Below, piece by piece: positions 14,401 through 28,273 of a DNA stretch of 64,000 nt (position 1 is its first letter; each line of letters opens with the position of its first letter). Below the pieces are notes generated by a model. That model did no database searches and was not told the DNA's origin. It was given only the letters and a program-made list of their open reading frames with translations. A program made the position numbers and the translations under genes. Origin of the DNA: Botryllus schlosseri (Eukaryota); contig CM119371.1 in NCBI GenBank assembly GCA_051294905.1, forward strand, positions 8,372,001 to 8,436,000, in the 5' to 3' direction.

Positions 14401-16991
14401 ATGAGTTATTAGCGTGAATTTGGACCCTTAAACTCGCACTTCATTTGTCCTGCAGAAGCAGTATCAGTTTAAATCAACCAGATAAAGCAGTGCAAATGTT
14501 TATTTGGAGTCTATTGATTTACTTTCGACTGCTTGTGGTTTTTGAAACGTTTTATACAATAAATACAAGAAATATTGAAGTTAGCAATTATCAAGTAGAG
14601 CGATTAACGCCGATAAAACTCAATTGATATCTTCTGTATATGATTCGGCAAGATAAACGTATATCCGGCATGTATATTCTAGCATACACTTGACCTTGTA
14701 GGGTTTAAAGTGAATTCGGAATCCGAAGATCCTAAGTCGATTGAGAAATGTCTTTATTATCCAGAACATTCCAACTGATGTTGAGATTTTAAGTAATATT
14801 ATGTAATATACTATTTAGTGTATCAGCTTGATAATAAAGTATTCAAATGGAAAACGAGGGCATGAGCCTTGAGGAAACGTTCTGGAATCACTTGACTGAT
14901 CGTGCGGCGGTAAAGCTATCTGAAGTTTAGAATCCGGCCCACGATGGCAGTTTAGTTTGACACCCCTGCCTTAGGGTGTATGATAAACCCGGTTGACGAT
15001 ACTTCACATAAACTAGCCTGATCAAATTTAACCTGGCCTTATCCCGTAGCCCACTCAACATTGCCTAGACCTGATGGGAATACATCTGAGAATGCTTGAG
15101 TTTCCTGACAAAGTTAAGAATCATCAAAATAAATTCAGATTTATTTACCCAACTGAAAGCGAGGTCTAGCGTTATGTGACATGGAACCATAATTAACGGA
15201 GTACAAATGGGCAACACTTTGAAGCTCAGCCACAAGGTCCTGTCTCCGCTCAGATGTCGACGGGAACTCCGTATTATCTCTCATCGCCAATTCCAACATC
15301 CATAGATCCTTGTTAACAGGTGTTGTATGTCGGACAGGATTGCAGCCGGTATCTCTGATTTTTCCGGGATCGCTGAAACTGGCGGTATGCAGCGGATGTA
15401 ATTCTGCGAACGAAAACGATATTAGGAATACTTATATGCGCTAAATGAATATCAACCAATATATGGATTGAACCGGGACATGCTGTAGTCATCCGCTAAT
15501 TGCACGTTTCTGCGTCGGGAAGCATTTCCCTAACCGGTCGCATATGGACAGATTTCGATCATTGAAAGTGACCATCTTTATATTCTAAAATATGAGTCGC
15601 CGATCGACAGCAAACTGTATTTTATGAATATAAGTCATATCCGCTTACAGGGGTATGGATAGTTTCTGCAGGGAAATAGCTTTTCATTAGGACAGGATAT
15701 AACATACACAATACACACTCTTCGTCGTATAGGCGTATAGGCTACGGAAACGATTACTATATGTTGAGAATGCTAACGACCTGTATCAGCGCAGGTCACA
15801 GAGGCAATATTCATTTATCTCGAGTACGACATAAACTTTTGAAAATCCCGGCCTTATTTACAGAATCCACGATCGCAGATTTCATTACCAAAATTACGCT
15901 GCATGATCGACCTTTGCTAGTAGCAGTGTTACTACGGATCACACGGCGCTAACGGAATATGATGGAAAGTACCTTCGGACCACTCGATCCGTGTCCCTTT
16001 CACGTTGAATAGACTGCGGCGGCACTTCCTCATTTTCTTGCTGTTATTGATAAAGTGAATATAAAAGTAGACTGAAAATAATATATAGGCTGATGCGGAT
16101 GACCGATTTCGACCACTAATGCCGTAATCTGAACAGTACGCTCATGACACTCAACTATTAAGAGTTTATTTTTACCATGAAGGCACTTATTGCTACAATG
16201 CAATAGTAGGAAAGATGCATAAGCGAGATTGTTCACCAATTTTAAACATGCATACACATAAATAACTAAGATTTTATCTGCAGTCACATACGTGTACTAG
16301 TTTGACCTGGGATACAAATCACGAAAATATTTAGCTGTTTTTAACATGCATTCACATAACTGATAAAGATGCAATCACATAAGTGTACTAGATCGGCTCA
16401 TGACACTCTTTCGAAAATACACTGAATACCGCGACTGTCACAACCTTATAACGGATGGCAGCGAACATGTGGTTGTTTTTCGGTTATATATTCAACTGAC
16501 GTTGGGACTTTTGCGAGCTTTGCAACTGCGAAGCGCTGCTCAATCACTACGGCTTTAGACTAAGAATAATTCAACTCCAAACCTCTTGTGTCAATAAACT
16601 GGATAATGAATAGCATTGCTATAGCCTACACACCGATATCATGCTGTGAAGCAGTTGTGATTTCATTCATCCCACTTTGTGCAATGTGCATGCAGTGACG
16701 ATGCGGTGCACTCCTACAGTCGCTATATAATGACCAACTACTGCCCCTATCGAGAAATATCTGCTGACTGTTTAATTACCGCCGTCGTGCAACAATGGAA
16801 CCGCTCATATGGCAAACCTTGTAGGCCTGAAGACTTGTGACTTACTGGGAAAAGACATTCATTTGCATAGTTTGATAATAGAGCTGCTTAGTGACTGAAC
16901 TTGAACAGTGAATATTGAGCAATGAACACGATACCCTGTACTTTGTGACCATCGGAACATCTCAACACTTCAAAACGTTATCAACTAGTCA

Positions 16992-17294
16992 TTGTACTAA
17001 CCATTGTATTGTACCTGAAACAGTCGAGCATATTTTGCTGCACTGCAATCGATATGATTTTCATCGGAACTTTTTATTCGACAGGCCGCGCGAGCTCAAA
17101 ATCACTGCGACACTCGAAAATCTACTGATCATCCCCGAAATGTTATCCCATGTAGCAGAATTTGTTATATCTTGTGGTACTTACTTGTAAATCGGTTCTT
17201 GCCCGTATTTTGGTATATCGCTCATTCTAGTCCGTGACGCACCTGGCCTTACAGGCGAAAAGCGTCACTCATCTTTTCATCAATAATAATAATA
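16992..17294 (+). mobile_element. 5'-truncated LINE (I/Nimb-like) 3' end
   Basis: C-terminal zinc-knuckle peptide CTNHCIVPETVEHILLHCNRY, a stop codon, a 3' UTR and a (TAA)n tail. Flanked by a 9-bp TSD AACTAGTCA (16983-16991, 17295-17303). Confidence 0.85.
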
Positions 17295-17451
17295 AACTAG
17301 TCAACACAGTAGTAGGTCCTTCATGGCACATTGTGCTCAAAATATATAGAATACTCATCCGAGGATGCGAAGACAGATCCGGAATGAACTTTCCAAACTC
17401 CTATCGGGGCAAGATCAGCGGGGTATCAAAACTGTGGGGCCTGGTATCTAG

Positions 17452-18067
17452 CAGTGTTGGGATCAAGTCACTACCTTCGCGTCACGAGTCATCTCGAGTC
17501 TTTGCAAATTTTGACTCGAGTCAAGTCAAGTCAATCGATTTTCGAAGCTGACTCGAGTCAAGTCAAGTCAGTCGATTTTTGGCGGTGACTCGAGTCAAGT
17601 CGAGTCAAGTCAATTCAAGTCACGAGTCAAGTCACAATTCAAGTCAAATTGAATTTTCGAAGTATGAGTGATGCTTCAAAGTCACAACATTTTGCCAGCT
17701 GCGTGAATGACAGAATAATTAGCCATTGATCATGAACCAAATAACGAATATAAAGTTAAATATGCACGCATAAAGGCGTTGGATCGCACAGACACACGTA
17801 GAACTGCTAATGGAATAAGTGAGAAACTGTTTATAGTTACATACTACAGTCTGATATTATCAGCTAAAATAGAGGATCGAATACGAAGCCTCGAGAGATT
17901 TAAACAAATTTATATGATACAATACACTACTTATCCGTGAGAACATAAACGCATTAACTATATTCATTCGATTTAAGTCATACATGAGGGTTGGTAAAGG
18001 TGAGCACTGCGCAATGTAACCTCTGAGCCGACTAATAAACAGAGATACGTTGCTATTAATCTACTAC

Positions 18068-18098
<31 letters not shown>

Positions 18099-18450
18099 GT
18101 CGTCAACGTAAGCTGTGATCATTCCATTTACGGCCAATTTATTTGTGATGTAACAATGGAGGACCAGTGAAACGTATACAAAAGTAGATAGCTGGTTGCT
18201 CTCACGTGTGTCACCGGCGTATCCCGAATAGTCCGAATATGCAGTTTAGTCGACACCATTTACTTATTGATGACTTGAAATTGACTCGTAAATTTTGCTT
18301 CGTGTCACGAGTCAATCCGCATTTCTGAAGCGTCGAGTCAAGTCAAGTCAAGTCATTTTGGTAAAGTGACTCGAGTCAAGTCAATTCATACTATAAAGTT
18401 GACTGGAGTCTGACTCGAGTCAAGTCATGACTCGAGTCATCCCAACAGTG
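17452..18450. mobile_element. MITE with GACTCGAGTC/AAGTC subterminal repeat arrays (hAT-like)
   Basis: TIR CAGTGTTGGGAT / ATCCCAACAGTG. Internal (TAC)n microsatellite at about 18062-18098. TSD degraded. Confidence 0.8.
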
Positions 18451-19139
18451 ATCTCCAGCGGCTAACAGTGTTTCCAAACCGTATCGGTGGTAGACACTCA
18501 CAAGACATGCATGAATCCGGCGTGTCTTGTTGAAACAGGATTTGTAACGGGTCGGTATTTTCTACCGGAGTGCCAAAACCAAATCAGGACATGATCGGGA
18601 ATTTTAAGTCCACGATATTGACTGTTTCGTTCTATTAAATTTTATGAATGAGTTTGAACTATATATTGTGTGCAGTTTACCACAATTACGTAGCAAAATG
18701 CGATGTCTTGTCGAGGTGTATTCAGGACGTAATAAGCGACCACAAGAGTCATACATGGTCAGAACCAAAAATGTTGGAATGCACTAGCCAAATAAATCAT
18801 CGGTCCGTGACGATTCTCCTGCCGGTCCGCCACGTATATTAAAATTTTATACCCTAATTTCATAATGAAAGATATTGAAGGCATGTCCATTGATAAAATA
18901 AATGAAACACAACATTTTATACTGATTTAAAACTTCCTGAGGTAGCATAAGGCCTGCGGCAAACATATTCGATTGGACTTGAAGTTCAAGTCGTCTCCGG
19001 TGACGACAATGCGAGCGACAACTACGAGCTGACTCGCTAAACCGCGCTGTTTGCATGATCATTGATCATTGCTTTTCGATTCAATCTATTTGTGGATGAC
19101 CAGGTAGCTGTTTCTAGGTGTTTTCGTGCGTATTCGTAA

Positions 19140-20279
19140 TAGGGAAGGTGTGAACCTCTCAAAGGTGAACGCGAACGTGAACCTCATGACGTCACGTGAC
19201 GTTATATTGGTTTTTCAAACCCTACATTTCAGTGTGATATATATATATATATATATATATTAATGTGCGCGATACCTAGGAAAGGACGTAGTTTATTTTT
19301 GTCCTTGATGTTTTTGCAGCATATACACCGACTCATGTTAGACATACAAACGATCTGTGCATATGCATACCATGAGTACATGATGTGAATATGCCGCTGG
19401 ACAAGGAAGGTGCAGATATAGCCTTGTATGTATGGCTTTCTAAGTCATGCACCACCCCTCCATGCTATCCCAGTAATTCATGAGCGCCAAGCAGGGAAGT
19501 CATGGATACCAGTGTTACTAGGTCTTTGTTCTGACCCGACCGGGGACGACTGTAGCCATATAATGCCACAATGCTGAATTAAATAACATAATGACTTTTT
19601 AAGCGTCTCCAAATATGTATCAACTATATATCTTCCGTTGCTTTGCCAACAATTTCGACGAGGACTTGCAAGGCAATACAAGCTTACGCCTGAACGGTCT
19701 AGTCCAGTCCGGACAGTGTATTCATCGTCTGAGTGTTGCTACGATGACATTGAGCAGAAAGTAATATGGGTTTTACCCTATTACCAAGTTATACAGAAGT
19801 AGCCAACACCCCAAATGGCACGGATTTGATTTTTATGTTACAATGAACAGATGAAATCGAGATGGACCCCGTTCGCTTGGTAGATTTTTGACATCAGACA
19901 ACGATATCAATTTCATTGATTGGTTGAATAAGCATCATCCGCTGACCACCTACACGTAGCGTATTTCGCTCTTGGTGTTGTGTAATTGCGGGTCAAGCTC
20001 ACAGTAGAGAGTCACTAAATATTCACAAACAGAAAGCAGGATATTTAGAGCAATCTTTTGTAACAAAGCAGGTAAAATTTTCGAGATTTTCATTGTGGAT
20101 GCTCGCTTAGTGTTGATTTTTTATGCTGCCATTGCCATGTACAGAGAGGCCCGCAGCAATAAATATCAAAATGTTCACAGTGCAGAACCTACCAAGATTC
20201 CTTTGTAAACGTGAACCTCTAGATTTCCGAGGTTAACACACAGAACGCGAACCTGAACCTTTTGTTCAGACCATCCCAA
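19140..20279. mobile_element. hAT MITE (TAGGGA.GGTGTGAAC family) inserted in an older MITE
   Basis: TIR TAGGGAAGGTGTGAAC / GTTCAGACCATCCCAA. TSD ATTCGTAA / ATTCGTAG. The flanks (18830-19139 and 20288-20322) join into a sequence seen uninterrupted at 51590-51900. Confidence 0.85.
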
Positions 20280-23224
20280 ATTCGTAGTACGTCTGTTGGT
20301 AGTGAGTGGGAAATGAGCAACACATGCAAATTGGATTTAAAATTTGACTTCCGTATATTTTGCACGCTGTGCGCGATTCAATGCGACTTCATTTTCTCAA
20401 TTTTAATATAGCAGCGCCGTTTGCGACCTGAGTCCCACAGCACAGATGCGAACAGTAAAGGAAAATCATGCGCCTTATATAGATATATCAATGTCGAATC
20501 GTGTGATCCTTACGAAAGAAATTTGTTTCTGGTACGTTTGGTTGATTCCTATATCTTTTCTCTATATCGTCAATACGCTTGGAGGGTCAAGAAATAACAG
20601 CATAGAACAAAGTCGCTAATAGCAATTGGCCCAGTCGAAGATTAAAAATGATTTAGAACTTGCTTCAATTTTTTGGAAATACCCACTCCATCAACTCTAT
20701 AACCGGTGAATCTGATCACATGGGCTGTGAAGCGCTAAATATTTGACAGTAACAGGCTATTTGAAACTACGAATATTAATGAGCGAATATGAACAAATTT
20801 TCTCGCTTCGCTGGCTTATATCCAATCCCTGTAACTATTGATAACAGGACCACTCGCAATTTCGGTGCAAAATGTCGCCTTGAATTGCAAAATGGTTGGC
20901 CAACCCAGATCTAACCTTAAAACAAAAGCATGAATGGGTATGTTTTGTTGTTTTTGGTATTCATCGTGTTTTCCCACTATACTCGTTTATACCAGAATGA
21001 AATTATTTTATTATGATCCCGTAGCTGCCGATTTGCAGCAGGTCCACTTCTAAGCCTCTAACGACACTGTTCATGCGTATCAGGTGGCGAGGAGGGGCAT
21101 AGAATCCAGATAAGCCTCCAAAACTTGACAAGGGATTCTAGACCCCCCCTCGGTCGGACTCGATCGAAGCCGAAACCTATTAATGTCGCAACTGGGGTTC
21201 AGATCACTATACTAACCCACCACTCTGGATTTCTCGGTACCATTTTGGCATTATTTGACAGACCGGGGTCGCAAGCATTTCACATAATCGTATCCGGCTG
21301 TCCAGCACTAGACCCTAATTTATTTGAGACCGCTGCTCTATTTCTCTGCATTGGATACCTTACATCCCCAATATACAAAATACAATAGAGAGAAAAACTG
21401 TTATCTCACTTAAAACATTTCATCGCATGCCAGCGGAAATGGCAGAGGTTTTTTCGGCGTCATCAGTATAACCGTGGAATTTTCGCCTTCCTGCCAACAA
21501 ATCAACCTGCTCCATCAACATCGAAGTCCATACTCGATAGGAAAATGGCGTTCATCAAATATGTGGTTTCACGATTTTACGATTTCGGCAAATCCAATGA
21601 AGGTGCGTTTCATTAAGTATTTCCCGGTGAATATCTTGTGCTATAGTACATTCACGTGACTTTTAGCAATAGAGAAATATAACGAATGAACAACTCAGTT
21701 GCGTTTGAGATCGTTATTATTTACCAATGAATCAACAAACGCACTGGAGTGCGATAAACATTGCTTATCCATCCCTAATAGTAGTTTGCATTACGTCTGG
21801 TACGGTTTCACACGCTCCGAACAATAGCAAAACACTATGTTCGCGACCTCTCCGCAGTCGCGGCCTGTTCTGTCTATATTTCTCGAACAGGGGATGTCTC
21901 ATTATATTGTTGGACAGGCGAAGGCTTATCTATATTTTTTATAACTGGCATTTAAACAATTTGCCCGTCAGAGATTCCCAACATATGACGACAGTAACTA
22001 GCGGGTTTTACCAGCAACATCGCAGCCGGTAATCGGTCGCAGCGGGTGCAATGTTATAAGTAGTTAGATCGAAGGTTATAAGTAAAAAGGCGTCACCATG
22101 GTGATCAGCGAAACAATTGATTCTCTCTCTAGCTGGCTGACAATATTTCTCTCATTAACTTTGGTATGAGCATGGGTTATCAAAACCAGTTACTCAAGGC
22201 TATACCCAATTCATATTGAAAGTGCAAAGGGGTAAGGGCTGACTATAGTGCTTACAAACTATTTAAGACAGGTCATGTCAACCAAAGATAATTTATATAG
22301 AACTTAGAACGTAAGCGGCGTGATTTGACAGCGAGACACGAGATTATAAGCTAGTTATCATCTGTACACCCGAAATTTTTAACGGTGGCTTTACAGTTTC
22401 GATCAATTTTTTAAGTATGAGCCGCGGGGGTATGAGGGTATAGTTTTGTGTCGTGACGGCCCGAGGGTGATTTTTTAATACGTATGTAATATTTGTTGAA
22501 TTTCATGCACCGCAAAAATTTATTCGCAAGTAGCGCGATTGCCTGCGGGCAGTTCGCACATATCCGGAATCACTGCGTTGGCTACTATATAGCTAATAAA
22601 CGAGACACATGGTAAAGCCCTTGCTACAATATGGTTTGATCATGAAATATGTAATCCTTTGTATTACACCTCGGAAAACCCCGTTAGAGACCGTTGGGAT
22701 CCTTAAGTGTGGGGTGTGAAACGGGCGGATGTGAGAATATGATAGACCGTTATTTCGAGGCCAACCACTACCACGCCGGGACACATGAAAACATGTAGGT
22801 TTGACCATGGACATGGACAAATCGCTGTGTCAGAAAGATCGGTGGTGATGAAACCTCGGCCGGCCAAAATTCCATAATTGGCTGTCGTTAGCTGGCCAAT
22901 TCCTACGATTGGTGATATGCCCTATCATCGAAATGGTCGGCATTGAGTATTCCCTTCTTTGTAATCTGAAACTACAGTAGTAACAGATGCAGTATAAGAC
23001 TGAACAGGAAAGTAATGCACCATAATTTGAAATCTCTTGTGTCAGAGATGTTTCGTAAAGCTGCGTTGAGCACAACTGTTTACTGCGCGTTATCTAAGCC
23101 ATACATGCCTGTAAAAACGTATCAAAATTAACATGTATTCTTTTTGGTGTTTAAGGCTTGCGTCGCGATATGCCATTTAACATCGCATCGTGGTCTAAAA
23201 AGTATGAGAACCAATGGTTTAAAC

Positions 23225-23951
23225 CAGGAGTACCGGCTACCTGCGGTTGTATGTGGCCGTAGAAATAAAGTAGTGCGGCCGTGAAATGTAATTTGATTAG
23301 CACGTGTTGCCGCCGTTGTCAGGCAAATTGAATTTACGAATTGACTGCCGAATATTTGAGATATTTTGACTTATCTAGAGATTTTCTTCGCACTGTGCGC
23401 GATTCAATTCAATACCTCGTTTCTGGATTTCAATATGGTATCGCCATTTGCAATCCGAGCCCCACAGTACAGATGCGAACAGCAGAGGAAAATGATGCGT
23501 TCATTGCGACTATGTCCTGGAATGCGGCCGTAGACTACTTGAGTAACCGAAGTAAGCCCGTGAATAGAAAAAAGATTGAGACAAGGTGCGGGCAACTTCT
23601 TCAGTCAGTGAGCTGGATATGGAAAAATGAAGTGCTTGGCGGACTGGGTTCCTGAACAGATACATTAATTGCAGATTTATTCACCTTTACAAGGAATAAA
23701 TCGAATTTGATGTGAATTTCAAGTTTAAAGCATAGAGACCAACAACATTATTCAATGAACTAATTACCGTAGTGTATTTCAATAGTTGTTGAATGAGACA
23801 TGAGACATTCATGGTCGACCAAAGTTTTAAACAAGTTCTTTGAACTTTATGCTGCATATCGGACGTAGAAACCCTTAGTAAAGGCCGGACATTTACATCA
23901 ATCAGATTGGAACGCCGGTCCGGCCGACGGGCCGTATGTTGCCCGCCTTTG
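23225..23951. mobile_element. hAT MITE (same family as 53493-54500)
   Basis: Degenerate TIRs CAGGAGTACCGGCTACC / GTTGCCCGCCTTTG. TSD GTTTAAAC / GTTTAGAC. Internal similarity to 53493-53750 and 20340-20480. Confidence 0.75.
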
Positions 23952-23959
23952 GTTTAGAC

Positions 23960-25922
23960 CAGTGGTTCTTAACCTTTTTTCCTCCAGGACCCCCTTTTAG
24001 AAATTGTCGTGCTCCAGCGCCACCCATCCATATTGTAAGGACTGGAATGAAGACAATGGGTAAGAGGGAGGGCCGTAACAGCACTTCGTCAGATCCCTAA
24101 AAACGATTGTCTTGCGCACCCATAGTGTGATAAGCCAAACTTCTGAGGGCTTCATTCCCAAGAACCCCGTCGCGTGATTTCGATGGTCAGCAAAGTTTGT
24201 GTGGCTTGGTCGCCCTTGGCGGCCAAAATCTTCTATAATGCATGAATGAATAGGTGGTAATTGCATATATATGTCGCTATAAACTTTTTATTCTCTCAGC
24301 CCACGTAATCAAATTTACCAGTAGCGCTGAGTGAGCTGTTGTATTGGAAAATGAAGGCCACGTAATTAATAGTTGAACATATCCGGGCGTGCCCGTTGTT
24401 ACAATTAATTCGTTACATGTTGTTATTTTGTTACCTCTTGTCCGTTATATAGTCAAAAGATATTGAAACGGATAAACGTAATAAACTAAAGTAAGCACAT
24501 GCTTCAAAATTGATATTTCTTCACTGGCAAATAATTTTATTTGATGGGTGTTATTTGTCCTGTGGGGTGCAGATTGCGGTGACATGATAATTCGGCACGA
24601 GCGATTCAAGCACCTATGGACAATTAGACTTATATTCATCGAAATTTACTGTCAACATAAAGGCAATCCTATTCGGCTAAGATTTTCTCGATGACGATCT
24701 TTTTGACAGACTTCTCGGAGTTCCATATTGACCTTCATATGTCTTCGTTCATCATGGCCTGGTAATGTCCGACGCCAAAATGCCTATTTCTATTTTCTAT
24801 AATTATGCGTATTCTTCCATGAGGTAGTCGTCAAAACATGATGTGTAATTTATGTTCAATCATCGAAATAATTTACGGCACCCTTCGAGCTCACCGATTA
24901 GGGGTTTGGGTTGAAATATTATCGGCCCTGGTAAGAGGTTGAAGTCCAGTCGGTCTTTTCGGGACTTTGGTATTGGGAATATTTCGCGCATTAATAGCGC
25001 TCGAGGACCATTCGACTATAATAAACTATATAATGATTGTGTGTTGTACATTCAGGGTCAAATCTAGGTTGTTATAAAAACAATCGGGCACGGTCTCATA
25101 CCGTGTGGTTCGATCCATCCCTAACTCTCATCTGCGATTGGCAATACGGGGAAATTAATGGTATTGGATTTTGTCTTAGTGCTTTGTGTAACAACAAGTA
25201 AGTCCACTGAGAATGGGATACATATATATGCTCACATTGAATTTAGTACTGTACCCAGTTCTTAATTTTAACATGAATGTATTCCAAACAAAGCAACTCA
25301 TATTATATATTAAAACTTTCATGCGAGCTTGTGAACCAGAACACTAGATAGTATCATCCTTTATGATACGATGAAGAAATAATCTGACGATATAAATTTG
25401 TAGCTCTCAGATACAAGTATATATGGTTATTCATTTCGTGCACAAAGCTTCAAAACTTATTTTATGTAGATGGGCGCTCTTACTCTCAAACGTGATACAC
25501 AGTGCCTCCTTCTTCGCTGCGGGATATAATACCTACTTCGAAACATTTTGTTGAAAATAACCCTAGCAAGCGCGACGGCAGTGTTTTAACGGGAAATTGA
25601 CGATCTAAAAGTACGCGCAATTTGTTTTACATGAATTAAAATAACCCACTACATTTACGAAAACATGAAGCAAACATCGTCGCGTGGCGCGACAAAAAAT
25701 GTCGGGATTTCACATGTTCTGTGGAATGTTAATTTGCTCTGGATACTCGTTAAGGATATGTCATACTACCGCATCATCTGATGCAAAGCCATTTTTCTTC
25801 AGCGCCCCCCATATCGCCCCCTTGAGCCCAGCGCCCCCCATATCGCTCCCTGAGCGTTACCGCCCCCTTAAAAATCGCCAGCGCCCCTTGGGGGGCGCTG
25901 GAGACAAGGATAAGAACCACTG
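23960..25922. mobile_element. hAT (Charlie-type) non-autonomous element
   Basis: TIR CAGTGGTTCTTA / TAAGAACCACTG. Perfect 8-bp TSD GTTTAGAC. CGCCCCC subterminal repeats. Internal similarity to 41180-41620 and 44450-44830. Confidence 0.9.
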
Positions 25923-26314
25923 GTTTAGACCTTGCATCAAATCCAAGTGGAATTGCGTTTCGAGTATTTGTCAAGCGTTTGTAACCGTTGTTGTATAAAT
26001 ACATGTTCTACCAATTTTCCCGCAACTTTCATTTGAGGGGGTTCCATAAGAAGTCTTAAGGCTGCAATGTTACGATCGTATTTAATTAGGTTACCGAACT
26101 ACATTCATTCACAGGACCAAGCTATATATAATCCAGTGTTGAATGGGATCAATATGGTACCGCCGGGTCCAATGCAAATGTTGACTCGAGTAAAGACAAG
26201 TAAGCTACTAAACTCATCTGCGTATCTCTGAGTTTTGGATTTCTTTTTTGTCTACGTTCCCAATTCGTAAATTGCATATTAATGCCATATTGCGATTGGG
26301 CGTTCTATTATTTT

Positions 26315-26545
26315 TTAAATCGCGATTTTCTCTATTTCGCATGCGTTATTACGAGATTCGATATCTCGTATCCCGAGACCCCCGTTTTCTTTTTCGGCAA
26401 TCATCGTTTTTCTTGCAATGGGCTCCATCCTCTCTGGCGACCACAGGAATTCGAAATACATCCGTTCTAGCTGTTTTTGGATATCCCTTGGGAGGGGAAT
26501 CACCCTGGCGTTGTATATAATTTTTGATGTTGCCATTGAGTTAAG
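26315..26545 (-). mobile_element. L1/Tx1-type LINE ORF2 fragment
   Basis: YNARVIPLPRDIQKQLERMYFEFLWS...IARKTMIAEKENGGLGIRD matches the post-RT F.FLW...GGLG motif of Tx1/L1 ORF2. Confidence 0.8.
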
Positions 26546-26584
26546 CAGCTTACTTGAATTAGTAACCCTTCCTTGCGAGACCAT

Positions 26585-27020
26585 GACCAGACCGTGTCAT
26601 GTAACTCTGCAATAGGTCAGCACCTTCTTACGCATCCAGAGTGTGCAAAATCGTATAACGATAACAGATTTTCAATTCTTGCTCGTGGACGTAGTCTGTT
26701 CCATTTAAAGGTTCTCGAATCGACTATGATAAAACTCGAGCAACCGATTCTCTGTCGGGAAAAGGACCGACTCTATTCTCTCCCTGTATTTCATTAGTGT
26801 TGCGTCTCTGGCTATATATTATAGGCAATTCGTATTGCACTTATTGCATTTTTGCTTAACGCTCTCGTTTTGTGAATTCTCTTGTTGTTGTTGTTGTTAT
26901 ACCATTCTTACGTCACCCTACCTATTTCGTCTTTATATTTCGAATTGCAATCTCCGTATCATACTGAGGGCCACTACCGACGAGGGTCAGTTGAAAAGCT
27001 TATAGTGAATTAATTGCGAA
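26585..27020 (+). mobile_element. Penelope-like element 3' fragment (GIY-YIG C-terminus and UTR)
   Basis: SAIGQHLLTHPECAKSYNDNRFSILARGRSLFHLKVLESTMIKLEQPILCREK fits the PLE endonuclease C-terminal pattern SAI..HL...F.IL...LE...I...P.L. Confidence 0.8.
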
Positions 27021-27696
27021 TATGAATGTGTTGTCCGTTGCAATATTCAAATTCTGTACCACAAGGAACCTATCGTTCCTTTTTTATTAGTTGTTTTTTG
27101 GGAAATAAACACCGTAGGTACTCATGGAGACAGATGAAATATACGCATCAGCCAATAATTATACAAGCTAAAACAGAAAAATACTGCATTTATCGCCGCA
27201 ACTTCGCTATATCCCATTCTCTGTGGATAGAAATAATAATTTTTTGGTAATATTAGCGTAACGCAGAATTAACGATGGGACAATGCCTTAGTGGTCGTAA
27301 GGACCAAGCAGCCACTGGCATGGATTTTTTCACTTTAATGCGGTTCGCATGAGTGCGAGTGGCAACTATTTCTTCCCGCTGTTTTCATGAGCCTGCAAAA
27401 CATATATAGGCATACACCTGCGGATCATGCAGCGCAGTAATCATGCCCGGCGTCACAGGGTTACTGATAAACAGATTTGACATCGGACGGAACCTTGGTG
27501 GTGCGATGTCTTAATATCCCACCGAAAGCTCAAGCATAGATATCGGCAAACATTTTCCTAGCATCCTAGTTTTGAATAGCTGCAACGTGACCATCATAAT
27601 CCAGGAGTTGTCGTTTCGTTTTCAGAAATTCGCCAAATTATACTACTATCTACTCACGTATATTACAGCAAGTGTTCAGAGACGAGCTGATAAGAT

Positions 27697-28273
27697 ATGG
27701 AGTCGTTACAAAACTGCATCGACGTGTGGCTTGGAGCGTCAAATGATATCGAGTTAGTTGACCGAAAGCAACAATCAAAAGAAAGATGTGAGGTGAATCA
27801 AGAAGCTAGATTTTCTTCTGAAACTAGTCCAATAGGGTCACCTAATCGCGATATGCATGAAGAGGATTACATCATGAATATCTGTAATAACCGGATAATA
27901 TTTTCCACTCCGCCGCCACCTTCGCTAAGCACGGATGACGAAGAGTCGAGCGACGTCAGTTCCGATCACTCCAACTGCTCAGTCGTTCGTCAAGATCAGT
28001 CAGAAGTGATTGATTCCGAAAATCAAGACACAACGATGGAAATCGATGCAGAACTCCACAACGGATTGCCGACAGATTTCTGCCAGGGACAGTCGGCGAG
28101 CGGATGGCAGACCGGCCCATGGATTGTTGGAGGACCTGAATATCAGATTGTTCACGGCAACATTCCTGTCATCAATGTTGGGGAATTGTCTGATTTATGG
28201 TGGATTGGTCATAACTTTCCTTTGGGCACGCTGACGGAACCGTCCGGTAATGTCGAAAGTCCAACATTACAAG
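27697..28273 (+). CDS. Divergent forkhead gene, coding exon 1 (acidic, Ser-rich N-terminus)
   Basis: ATG-initiated open frame of 192 codons. Phase-1 donor CAAG|GTATTT, which is CAAG|GTAAAT in the paralogous copy at 45473. The link to the forkhead exons is inferred from phase compatibility. Confidence 0.65.

Noticed and set aside
17452..18450. Clustered short repeats (GACTCGAGTC, and TGTAAT at 39190-39330) superficially like CRISPR or iterons
   Set aside because: They are irregular subterminal repeats of TIR elements, with no constant repeat-spacer period, in a eukaryotic context.
21060..21230. Possible second tRNA-derived SINE on the minus strand
   Set aside because: The A and B boxes are too degenerate and no tail was identified.
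897..26000. Most 60-135-aa ORFs in the supplied track
   Set aside because: They fall within MITEs or other non-coding repeats, often use non-ATG starts, and show no recognisable motifs.
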